From Alphaproteobacteria bacterium (lineage in GTDB: Bacteria; Pseudomonadota; Alphaproteobacteria; UBA8366), in the NCBI GenBank assembly GCA_965228975.1, contig OZ245851.1, positions 4,405,953 to 4,469,952 of the forward strand: 64,000 bases of DNA, written 5' to 3'. The notes under the pieces were generated by a model. The model saw only the letters and a program-made list of their open reading frames with translations. It searched no databases and was not told where the DNA came from. This document shows, in pieces, positions 10,168-17,779 of the stretch. A program made the position numbers and the translations under genes. Position 1 is the first letter of the stretch. Each line of letters starts with the position of its first letter.

Positions 10168-11715
10168 ATGAGCGCCGTATCCACCGCCGAGACCGAGAGC
10201 GACGGCGGCCCCGCGACACCGGCAAGCCCCGGCGCCTTTCAACGCGCCATGATTCTGGCGACGGCCACCTTGGCGACCATGCTGGTCAGCATGACCCTGT
10301 TGATCGTCAGCGTGATCATGCCGCAGTTGCAAGGCTCGTTGTCGGCGACCCAGGACCAGGTCGCCTGGGTCATCACCTTCAACATCATCGCGATCGCCGT
10401 GGTGACGCCGATGACCGGATGGCTCTCCAACCGGTTCGGCCGCCGTAACGTGATGATCTACAGCACGGTCGGGTTCGTCGCCTCGACGATCCTGTGCGGC
10501 ACCGCCACCAGCCTCGAGGTGCTGGTGCTGTACCGCATGTTGCAGGGCGTGTTCGGTGCGCCGCTGAACCCGTTGTCGAACGCCATCGTGCTGGACACCT
10601 TCCCGCGCGAGCAGCATGGCACGGTCAACTCGATCTATGGCGTCGGCGTGGTCATCGGGCCCATGCTGGGGCCGATTCTCGGCGGCTATATCGCGGACGC
10701 CTATACCTGGCGCTGGGCCTTCATCGCGGTCGGGATCGCCGGTTTATTGGCGGTGATCGGCGCGATCGTGTTCATTCGCGACGACCGGCGCGAGGCGAAA
10801 CTCACCCTCGACTGGACCGGCTTCATCACACTTTCCATCGCCATCCTGTGTTTCCAGCTCGTGCTCGACCGCGGCGAGCAGGAGGACTGGTTCAACTCGA
10901 TCGAGATCATCATCCAAGCGGGCCTTGCCGTCGCCGCCTTCTATGTCTTCACGGTCCACAGCCTGACCAGCCGGCGGCCCTTCCTCAATCCGCGCCTGCT
11001 GCTCGACCGGAACTACGCCATCGGCCTGATGGTCGTGCTGATCTTCGGGATGATGAATTTCACGCCGATGGCCCTGCTGCCGCCGCTGCTGCAGAATCTT
11101 GCCGGCTATCCGGACGACGCCATCGGTCTGCTGATCGGATCGCGCGGACTCGGCGGCATCCTCGGGTTCTTCGCGTCGATCTGGGTCGGCAAGCTCGACC
11201 CCCGCATCGGCATGACCGCCGGTTTCCTCATCCAGGCGCTGTCCGGCTGGTGGATGATGGCGTTCGACGTCAACCTGACCGGCTTCGACGTGGCGCTGAC
11301 CAGCGTCATGCAGGGATTCGCCGTCGGGCTGATCTGGGTGCCGCTGGTCGTCGCGACCTTCGCCACGCTGAGCCGGGAACATCTGAACGAAGCTACCGCT
11401 GTTTTTCATCTGCTCCGCTATATCGCGGCCAGCGCCTTCGTCTCGATCAGCGTGGTGATCGTGCTGCACACCGGGCAAGTGAACTACGCCCGCATGACCG
11501 AGTTCGTGACGCCGTATAACGACCTGTTGCGGGATTCGTCGGCGCTGGGACAGTGGAGCCTGGAAAGTCTGCGCGATCTGGCGACGCTCAGCGGCGAGGT
11601 CGGCCGGCAGGCCTTCATGATCGGCTATATCAACGCCTTCACCGCATATACGGTGCTGAGCATCGCCATTCTGCCGCTGGTGTTTTTCGTCCGGGTGCCC
11701 AACCGGAAGAAATAA
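10168..11715 (+). CDS. MFS transporter, DHA2 (EmrB/QacA-like, 14-TM) efflux family
   Basis: 515 aa with many TM segments. Motifs WLSNRFGRRNVM and LYRMLQGVFGAPL. Confidence 0.8.
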   Translation: MSAVSTAETESDGGPATPASPGAFQRAMILATATLATMLVSMTLLIVSVIMPQLQGSLSATQDQVAWVITFNIIAIAVVTPMTGWLSNRFGRRNVMIYSTVGFVASTILCGTATSLEVLVLYRMLQGVFGAPLNPLSNAIVLDTFPREQHGTVNSIYGVGVVIGPMLGPILGGYIADAYTWRWAFIAVGIAGLLAVIGAIVFIRDDRREAKLTLDWTGFITLSIAILCFQLVLDRGEQEDWFNSIEIIIQAGLAVAAFYVFTVHSLTSRRPFLNPRLLLDRNYAIGLMVVLIFGMMNFTPMALLPPLLQNLAGYPDDAIGLLIGSRGLGGILGFFASIWVGKLDPRIGMTAGFLIQALSGWWMMAFDVNLTGFDVALTSVMQGFAVGLIWVPLVVATFATLSREHLNEATAVFHLLRYIAASAFVSISVVIVLHTGQVNYARMTEFVTPYNDLLRDSSALGQWSLESLRDLATLSGEVGRQAFMIGYINAFTAYTVLSIAILPLVFFVRVPNRKK

Positions 11716-11731
11716 GCCCGGAAACAGTGAC

Positions 11732-12046
11732 CTAGCGCCAGCCCGGCGTATGGCTGGAGCGCCGCAGGACGATCCAGCCGCCGACTGCCGAGGCAATCAA
11801 CATCAGGGCCGCCGCACTGCCGTAGGTCCAGCGGGGCAACACGCCGAGCGCGCCCAACAACACGATCGGCAGCAGCAGCGCCACGATTACCCAGGTGCCG
11901 AGAACCGCGCGGGCAACGAGCCGCCGTTGACGCTCCGACCGAATGCGCCGAACCGAATTGATGGTGGTGACGATCGCGACCAGGCATGCAAGTACAGGCA
12001 AGGCCCAGGTGGCGATCACGCCAAGTGTGGCCGTTTCCACGATCAC
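11732..12046 (-). CDS. Small hypothetical membrane protein (about 3 TM)
   Basis: 104 aa ORF with three hydrophobic segments. No family recognised. Confidence 0.45.
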   Translation of the reverse strand: MIVETATLGVIATWALPVLACLVAIVTTINSVRRIRSERQRRLVARAVLGTWVIVALLLPIVLLGALGVLPRWTYGSAAALMLIASAVGGWIVLRRSSHTPGWR

Positions 12047-12305
12047 CGTACTCCTCTTGGATCGGCGGACGGCCTTTGGACCGGTCCGCGATGTAAGAGT
12101 CGGCCTACCGCCTTAACAAGCCCTTAATGCCTGATAACACACTGAATCTCGGCCATTCCCGGCCTTCGGCCGAATAACGCGAAAGGGCACCTTCCACATA
12201 GTGGGTATGGCGTCCGTCCCCGAACTTACTCAGTATCACAGGGCACTTACGCGGGGAGTCCCGCATGACGCCGCGGGACCGCACCAGAATTAGAGCATCG
12301 GACGG

Positions 12306-13355
12306 ATGCCGTTATTTCGCTTGAACATTCGACTACCGATCTTGACATCCGTCGTGGCCCATGTCGCGGTCGCCTCGACGACCTATTATCTAGCAACGCT
12401 CGATGAATACGACCCCACCCGACGGGAAAATCAGATCAATATGGTGTTTCTGCCGCCGCCGGTCCTGGCGGTCGAACAAAAGCCGGTGCCGCTCCCACCG
12501 GCGCCGCCCGTCGAGACCACCCCCGTCGCCCCGATTCCGGTCGAGCCGCCGCCCGCCGAGCCAATTCCCGATGCGGTCGCGGTCCCCGTGCCGAAACCGG
12601 AGCCGCCGAAGAAGCCGGTGCCGGAACCGGAACCGAGGCCCGAGCCGGTCGTGGCCAAGCCGTCGTCGCCAGAGCCGGAGCCAGAGCCGAAACCGACACC
12701 GGTAACCGAACCGGCGCCGAAACCGCAGTCCGCGCCGCAGCCACCACAGCCCGCCATCGTCGACCCGCCGCCCGCGCCGCGGCCGGATCTGCAGAAGATG
12801 CTGAAATCGCTGATTGCCTATCCCTGGTCGGCACGGATCAATTGCGAGCAGCGGATTGCGCTGGTCCGCTTGACCGTCAATGCGGACGGTTGGATCTCGA
12901 AATACAAGATCCTCCGCGGTACCGGCTACGGACCGGTCGACGCGGCGATTGGCGACAACATAATGCGCGCCCCGCGCCTGCCCTTGCCAGCCGGGACCAA
13001 ATTGCCCGAACGGTCGGAGGTGATCGTGCCGGTCGCGGTCACCTTGCCGGATTGTTCCGACCAATTCGCCGCCGTCGAGGAAGAGGGCAACGAAGGGTTC
13101 GACGACGATCCCGGACCGGACGACGGCGAAGTCGACCCCATGGGGATCGGGTCGGCGGCGCTGACCGATCAAGAAACGAGATTGGGCTTTACGGACGACC
13201 ATGGACCGTTGGACGGCGAGGTCGAACCGACCGGCCCGGGGCCGGACGATCTCACCGATCAGGAAACGGGCGATCAGGACGACCCGTTCATCCAGCCGCT
13301 AGAATGCACCTTGTTCAGGATCAATTGCACCCCTGACGAAACCAAAGTCCGCTAA
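12306..13355 (+). CDS. TonB-like energy transducer with an extra acidic C-terminal extension
   Basis: TM segment with S-x3-H signature (TSVVAH). Long Pro-rich PEPEPKP linker. TonB-C-like domain (ALVRLTVNADGWISKYKILRGTGYGPVDAA). Then an acidic tail of roughly 85-90 aa containing an internal duplication. Confidence 0.7.
   Translation: MPLFRLNIRLPILTSVVAHVAVASTTYYLATLDEYDPTRRENQINMVFLPPPVLAVEQKPVPLPPAPPVETTPVAPIPVEPPPAEPIPDAVAVPVPKPEPPKKPVPEPEPRPEPVVAKPSSPEPEPEPKPTPVTEPAPKPQSAPQPPQPAIVDPPPAPRPDLQKMLKSLIAYPWSARINCEQRIALVRLTVNADGWISKYKILRGTGYGPVDAAIGDNIMRAPRLPLPAGTKLPERSEVIVPVAVTLPDCSDQFAAVEEEGNEGFDDDPGPDDGEVDPMGIGSAALTDQETRLGFTDDHGPLDGEVEPTGPGPDDLTDQETGDQDDPFIQPLECTLFRINCTPDETKVR
13122..13267 (+). 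repeat. In-frame imperfect duplication, 90 nt period, inside the TonB-like tail
   Basis: GACGGCGAAGTCGACCCC...CTGACCGATCAAGAAACG at 13122-13177 compared with GACGGCGAGGTCGAACCG...CTCACCGATCAGGAAACG at 13212-13267. These encode DGEVDP..LTDQET and DGEVEP..LTDQET. Confidence 0.8.
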
Positions 13356-13361
13356 CGCCGT

Positions 13362-14366
13362 TTAGGTGAACAGTCTTTCGCCCGGCATGTCCTTATAGAG
13401 ATCGGCGACGAATTCACCGTAACCGTTGTAGAGCAGCGTCGGAACCCGGCCATTGGCGCCGAGCACGCGTTCGGTCGCCTGGCTCCACCGTGGATGCGGC
13501 ACTTCCGGGTTCACGTTGGCCCAAAAACCGTATTCACGGCTTTGGAGCTGTTCCCAGAAGCTGACCGGGCGTTTATCGGTGAATTCGAACCGCACGAGGC
13601 CCTTGATCGACTTGAAACCGTATTTCCACGGCACCGCAAGGCGCAAGGGCGCGCCATTCTGTTTCGGCATCGTCTTGCCGTAGATGCCGGTCGCCATGAA
13701 GGCGAGCTCGTTCGTCGCCTCGGCCAGGCTGAGCCCTTCGACATAGGGCCAGGGATACCAGCTCTCGCTTTGACCGGGGGCCACCTTTTTGTTCTCGAAG
13801 GTCACCATCTTCACGTATTTCGCCGACGAGAGCGGCCGGGCCAGATCGACCAGGGCCTTCATCGGAAATCCGCTCCACGGCACCGTCATCGACCAGGCTT
13901 CGACGCACCGGAACCGATAGAGCCGCTCTTCCAGCGGCATCTTGGCCAGCAAGTCGTCTATGCCGATCTCGAACTCCTTCTCGACCTGACCGGCGATCGC
14001 GATCGTCCAAGGCCGGATCGGCAGGAGTTGGGCCTTCTCATGGATATTCTTCGAGGAGCCGAATTCGTAATAGTTGGTGTAGGTCGTCGCCAACTTCTCC
14101 GCGGTCAATGGACGATCGACCGTGTATTTCGGGTTACGGTCGACCGGATAGAGCTTCGCGGACGGATCGGGAATCTTGGCCCCCGCCTCCAGCGCCGCCC
14201 TCTCGGCGGGGTCACCGCCGTCGCAGGCGGACAACAACGCCGGCGCGCCTAGGAGGATCGGACCCGCGGCGGCCGCCTTGATCAGGCGCCGGCGACTGCG
14301 AAACAGGCTTTCGGGGGTCGCCGCCGATTCCGGCAGTTCCCACCCCTTCGGTATGCGGATCAGCAT
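13362..14366 (-). CDS. msrP: Periplasmic protein-methionine-sulfoxide reductase catalytic subunit MsrP (YedY-type molybdoenzyme)
   Basis: Tat-type leader (SRRRLIKAAAAGPILLGAPALL). YedY-like body (YEFGSSK, RFRCVEAWSMTVPWSGFP, NGAPLRLAVPWKYGFKSIK). Confidence 0.85.
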   Translation of the reverse strand: MLIRIPKGWELPESAATPESLFRSRRRLIKAAAAGPILLGAPALLSACDGGDPAERAALEAGAKIPDPSAKLYPVDRNPKYTVDRPLTAEKLATTYTNYYEFGSSKNIHEKAQLLPIRPWTIAIAGQVEKEFEIGIDDLLAKMPLEERLYRFRCVEAWSMTVPWSGFPMKALVDLARPLSSAKYVKMVTFENKKVAPGQSESWYPWPYVEGLSLAEATNELAFMATGIYGKTMPKQNGAPLRLAVPWKYGFKSIKGLVRFEFTDKRPVSFWEQLQSREYGFWANVNPEVPHPRWSQATERVLGANGRVPTLLYNGYGEFVADLYKDMPGERLFT

Positions 14367-14524
14367 TCTCGTCTCCTCGGTCGCTGGTTTCCCGGATCAT
14401 CGCATGCAAGAGATATGGCGGCGAGGGCCACCATCGTCCACCCAGCACGCAACGGGGAACGGTGATGACGCCTCGACCGACACATGAAGGCGCTGCGCTT
14501 AGCGCAAGCGTTACCCTGGGAGGG

Positions 14525-14809
14525 TTACTTCTTGGCCTTGCAGGGGTTGCAAGGGCTGCAGGCCTTCTTCGCGGCGCAGGGGTTGCAGGCCTTTTTGGCC
14601 GCGCAAGGATTCTTGGCAGCGCACGGATTGCACGCATTCTTGGCCGCGCACGGGTTCTTGCCGGCACACGGGTTGGCCTTGCAGGCGGCGAGCTGAATGC
14701 GCTCACCGGCAACGGCGGTCGCCGTCGGCAAGGCAGCGGCGCTCGAGAGGGCAACGGCGGCGCCAAGCGCCATGGCGGTGCGAGCGAGCGGCAATTTCTT
14801 TTTCTGCAT
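14525..14809 (-). CDS. Secreted cysteine-rich NPCAAK-repeat mini-protein (94 aa, 11 Cys in the last 52 residues)
   Basis: ATG at 14809 is preceded by GGAGAA. Sec-type signal peptide MQKKKLPLARTAMALGAAVALSSAAALPTATAVA. Mature part is ACKANPCAGKNPCAAKNACNPCAAKNPCAAKKACNPCAAKKACSPCNPCKAKK. Confidence 0.65.
   Translation of the reverse strand: MQKKKLPLARTAMALGAAVALSSAAALPTATAVAGERIQLAACKANPCAGKNPCAAKNACNPCAAKNPCAAKKACNPCAAKKACSPCNPCKAKK
14527..14700 (-). repeat. Degenerate in-frame tandem DNA repeats encoding the NPCAAK units
   Basis: Recurring GCAGGGGTTGCA / GCGCAAGGATTCTTGGC / GCGCACGGGTTCTTGCC-type units on the plus strand. The repeat reads through in both strands' frames. Confidence 0.8.
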
Positions 14810-14926
14810 AATAATTTTCTCCAAACGCGTTTGTCGGACCCTCTTGGCGGAGCCCGGAAGCCTCTCGGCCCATCCGCACCGCAATGCACGGCGGAGAGGC
14901 CATATCATGGAGTGTCGCAAAACGAC

Positions 14927-14965
14927 GTAAAGTCCCGATAAGGAAGTCTTAAAGATTTTGTAAGG
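14927..14965 (-). promoter_or_regulatory. Four direct hexamers at exact 11-bp phasing: candidate OmpR-family response-regulator binding array
   Basis: Plus-strand GTAAAG (14927), ATAAGG (14938), TTAAAG (14949), GTAAGG (14960). On the coding strand: CCTTAC-N5-CTTTAA-N5-CCTTAT-N5-CTTTAC. Lies 118-156 bp upstream of the Cys-rich gene start. Confidence 0.45.
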
Positions 14966-14994
14966 GCAAAATCGCCCTGAAACCGGCGGTTTCA
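14963..14994 (-). terminator. Two adjacent stem-loops at the end of the histidine kinase gene (possible terminator)
   Basis: TGAAACC-GCC-GGTTTCA overlaps the kinase stop. It is followed by AGGGC-GATTTT-GCCCT and then TACAAAATCTTT (minus-strand reading). Confidence 0.35.
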
Positions 14995-16056
14995 GCGCGC
15001 CAACGCGAACCAGAAACGGACATCGCCGTCCTCGGCTTCCGCCCCGACCTGGCCGCCATGCGCTTCGACCAACTCTTTCACGATGGTGAGGCCGATCCCC
15101 GCGCCGCCGCTGTCGCGCGACCGCGACTTATCGACCCGGTAGAAACGCTCGAAGATAAGCGGCAGGTCCGCCGCCTCGATCCCGGCCGCCGAATTGGTGA
15201 AGGACACGGTAACGTCGTCACCCTCATTCTCGGCCACGACCGTAAGCGTGCCGCCGTCCGGCGTGTACTGCCAGGCGTTCTGGGTCAGGTTGCGCAACAC
15301 CTGCAGCAGCTTGTCCCGGTCGCCTTGCACGATCAGCGGCTCTGCCGGCAGCTTCGTCTCCACGGTGATGCCGCGTGATTGGAACTGAAAGCGGTCGAGT
15401 TCCAATGCCTGCGCGATCAGGGCGGGCAGGTCGACCTGCTGGCGGCTGAGAAACGCCTTCGCCGCATCGGCCTTGGTGAGCTGATGCAGGCTCTCGACCA
15501 ACCTGACGAGGCGCATGATCTCGTCCTGCAGAATCGCGAAGGTTCCCTTGTTCGCCTCGACCACGCCGTCGTCCATCGCCTCGAAATACCCGCGCAGGCT
15601 TGTCAACGGCGTCCGCAGTTCATGGGCAAGGTCGACAACCATCGTGCGCCGAAGGCCCTCGATCTTCTCCAGGCTGTCCGCCATGCGATTGAACGCCAGC
15701 CCCAACCGGCCCACCTCGTCCTTGGAGGTCACCTCGACCCGCGCGGAATAGTCACCCGCCGCGACGCGCTGGCTGATCTCGGTCATCTGCGACAACGGCC
15801 GCAGCACCGTCCGCGTCAGCAGGAAACTGAGCAGTACGGCAATCGCCGCCGCCACGATGCTGGCTTGAATCAGATACCCGTGCACCGATTCGACGAACAT
15901 CCTGTGCGTGTCGGAGGGCGAAATCTTGTACTCCTCCATCAGCACGGTGAAGTAGTCGGCGGCCAGGAAATCCACCGCGAACCAGACGATCAGGATCACC
16001 GTTCCGATGACGGGCAGGTTGATCGCCAGCAGTTTCCACAAAAGCTTGTCGCGCAT
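14992..16056 (-). CDS. Sensor histidine kinase (two TM segments, short periplasmic loop, HAMP, HisKA, HATPase)
   Basis: ATG at 16056 (MRDKLLWKLLAINLPV...). H-box LAHELRTPLTSLRGY. N-box LRNLTQNAWQYT. G-boxes DSGGAGIGLTIVKELVEAHGG. Confidence 0.85.
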   Translation of the reverse strand: MRDKLLWKLLAINLPVIGTVILIVWFAVDFLAADYFTVLMEEYKISPSDTHRMFVESVHGYLIQASIVAAAIAVLLSFLLTRTVLRPLSQMTEISQRVAAGDYSARVEVTSKDEVGRLGLAFNRMADSLEKIEGLRRTMVVDLAHELRTPLTSLRGYFEAMDDGVVEANKGTFAILQDEIMRLVRLVESLHQLTKADAAKAFLSRQQVDLPALIAQALELDRFQFQSRGITVETKLPAEPLIVQGDRDKLLQVLRNLTQNAWQYTPDGGTLTVVAENEGDDVTVSFTNSAAGIEAADLPLIFERFYRVDKSRSRDSGGAGIGLTIVKELVEAHGGQVGAEAEDGDVRFWFALAR

Positions 16057-16072
16057 ATTCGGCTCCTGGCCG

Positions 16073-16786
16073 TTAGGGGGATTTGGGATCGGCGAAGCGA
16101 TAGCCGACGCCGTGCACCGTGAGCAGGAATTGCGGCGTCGACGGATCCGGCTCCAGCTTCTGCCGCAGCTTGCCCATGTGAACATCGATGACGCGGTCGA
16201 CCACCACCCCGCCGTTGTCGTACAGCCGGTCGAGCAACTCGTCACGGCTGAAGACCTTGCCCGGCGCCTGCATCATCGTCTGCAACAGCTTGAATTCCGA
16301 TGGCGTCAGGGCGACGTCGGCGCCATCGACGCTGACCGCGTGCCGCTCCGGGTCCAGCCGGATCGGTCCGGATTCCAGAACGGTGCTGGCGACGGGCTCG
16401 GTACGCGCCGAGGTGCGGCGCAGGATCGCCTTCACCCGCTCCACCAATTCGCGGGGACTGAACGGTTTGACGACATAGTCGTCGGCACCGATCGACAAAC
16501 CGACCACACGGTCCATTTCCTCGGCGCGCGCCGTCAGCATCAGGATCGGTACATCGGAGTCCCGCCGCAGTGCCCGGCATACCTCCCAGCCGTCCATCCC
16601 GGGCAGGTTGATGTCCAAGATCACCAGGGCCGGGTCCTCGCGCCGCGCCAGCGCCAGACCGTTGTCGCCATCGCCGGCGCTCACCGTCTCGAAGCCGTCC
16701 TTCTGCAAATACTGCTCGACCAACGACGCGATATTGCGGTCGTCCTCGACGATCAGGATCGGCCGGCGGGGCTGTGGATCGGACAT
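16073..16786 (-). CDS. OmpR/PhoB-family response regulator
   Basis: ATG at 16786 (MSDPQPRRPILIVEDDRNIA...). Receiver domain (ILDINLPGMDG, ADDYVVKPFSPREL). Winged-helix C-terminus (LTPSEFKLLQ..., TVHGVGYRF). Confidence 0.9.
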   Translation of the reverse strand: MSDPQPRRPILIVEDDRNIASLVEQYLQKDGFETVSAGDGDNGLALARREDPALVILDINLPGMDGWEVCRALRRDSDVPILMLTARAEEMDRVVGLSIGADDYVVKPFSPRELVERVKAILRRTSARTEPVASTVLESGPIRLDPERHAVSVDGADVALTPSEFKLLQTMMQAPGKVFSRDELLDRLYDNGGVVVDRVIDVHMGKLRQKLEPDPSTPQFLLTVHGVGYRFADPKSP

Positions 16787-16902
16787 GGCGGCGCTCCCTG
16801 TACTCGACTCGTTCTGCCGCAAAATCTCGAATCGGCGCGGCGATGCCGGCCAATTTGACGTATGATGGTGCCCAAACGCAATGCACGGGGAGTTACGAAA
16901 GA

Positions 16903-17751
16903 GTGAGTGAGACCACGATACAGCCGCGCCGAAGCCTGATTTTCGTTCCGGGCGACCATCCCGAGATGTTCCCCAAGGCGCTGACAACCGGCAGCGATAT
17001 CGTCTGCGTCGACCTGGAAGACGCCATCGCGCCGCAGCATAAACAGATCGCGCGCGACAAGACGCTGGCCCTATTCGCCGAACCCCAGGCCGATGACGGG
17101 GTCGAGCGGATCGTCCGGATCAACTGCCTGCGCACGCCGGAAGGACAACGCGACGTGTTGGCGATCGGCGAGACCGACACACCGCCGCCCGCCCTGATGC
17201 TGACCAAGGTCAAAACCGCCGACGAGGTACGCCTGCTCGCCGACCTGTTGAGCGGATCACATGGCGAGATCCGGTTTCACGTGATCATCGAAACGAATGA
17301 CGGGCTGAACGCCGCCTACGACATCGCGCAATCCTGTGACCGCATCGACTCCCTGTTGTTCGGGGGGGTCGACATGGCCGCCGACCTTCGCGTCGAGCCG
17401 ACCTGGAACGGGCTGCTGCATGCCCGCCAACGGGCGGTCCACGCCGCCGCGGGCGCCGATGTCGACATGATCGACGTGCCGTTCCTGGACCTCAACGACA
17501 TGCCGGGCTTGGAAGAGGCCGCGCAGGCGTCCGCAGAGATCGGCTTCACCGGCAAGGCGGCGATCCATCCCAAGCAAATTCCGGTGATCAACGGCATTTT
17601 CAGCCCGAGCGCCGAGCAAGTGGACAAGGCGCGACGAATCGTCGAGGCCTTCGCAAACCACGACAGCGGTTTGCTGGTGGTGGACGGCGAGTTGATCGAA
17701 CGGCCGGTCCTGCGCTCGATGCACCGGGTGCTGGCGCTGGCAGACCGGTAA
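16903..17751 (+). CDS. CitE-like (HpcH/HpaI superfamily) CoA-ester lyase / citrate lyase beta-like protein
   Basis: RRSLIFVPGDHPEMFPKALTTGSDIVCVDLEDA motif. GTG at 16903 is preceded by GAAAGAG. An alternative ATG lies at 16843. Confidence 0.7.
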   Translation: MSETTIQPRRSLIFVPGDHPEMFPKALTTGSDIVCVDLEDAIAPQHKQIARDKTLALFAEPQADDGVERIVRINCLRTPEGQRDVLAIGETDTPPPALMLTKVKTADEVRLLADLLSGSHGEIRFHVIIETNDGLNAAYDIAQSCDRIDSLLFGGVDMAADLRVEPTWNGLLHARQRAVHAAAGADVDMIDVPFLDLNDMPGLEEAAQASAEIGFTGKAAIHPKQIPVINGIFSPSAEQVDKARRIVEAFANHDSGLLVVDGELIERPVLRSMHRVLALADR

Positions 17752-17779
17752 CCGAAATCAAGACTAGGGAGAGACACCA

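Noticed and set aside
12047-12305. A 259-bp divergent leader with small hairpins (GGCC-TTC-GGCC; GTCCCGC-N8-GCGGGAC), considered as a riboswitch or sRNA.
   Set aside because: I could see no resemblance to any riboswitch core I know. The hairpins are short and could arise by chance in GC-rich DNA.
12480-12780. GC-rich CCG/GAA-type periodic DNA (CCGGAACCGGAACCGAGGCCCGAGCCG...) resembling a microsatellite.
   Set aside because: It encodes the Pro-Glu/Pro-Lys linker typical of TonB proteins, so it is coding low-complexity sequence rather than a non-coding repeat.
14484-14696. Plus-strand ORF with a striking LQAF/LAAQG repeat (MKALRLAQALPWEGYFLALQGLQGLQAFFAAQGLQAFLAAQGF...).
   Set aside because: It is the mirror image of the NPCAAK repeat gene. 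The minus-strand frame has an RBS, an ATG and a canonical signal peptide, whereas this frame has none of these.
14527-14700. Short tandem DNA repeats that could superficially suggest a CRISPR-like or minisatellite array.
   Set aside because: The units are degenerate, contiguous with no unique spacers, in frame, and inside a credible coding sequence. No cas genes are present.
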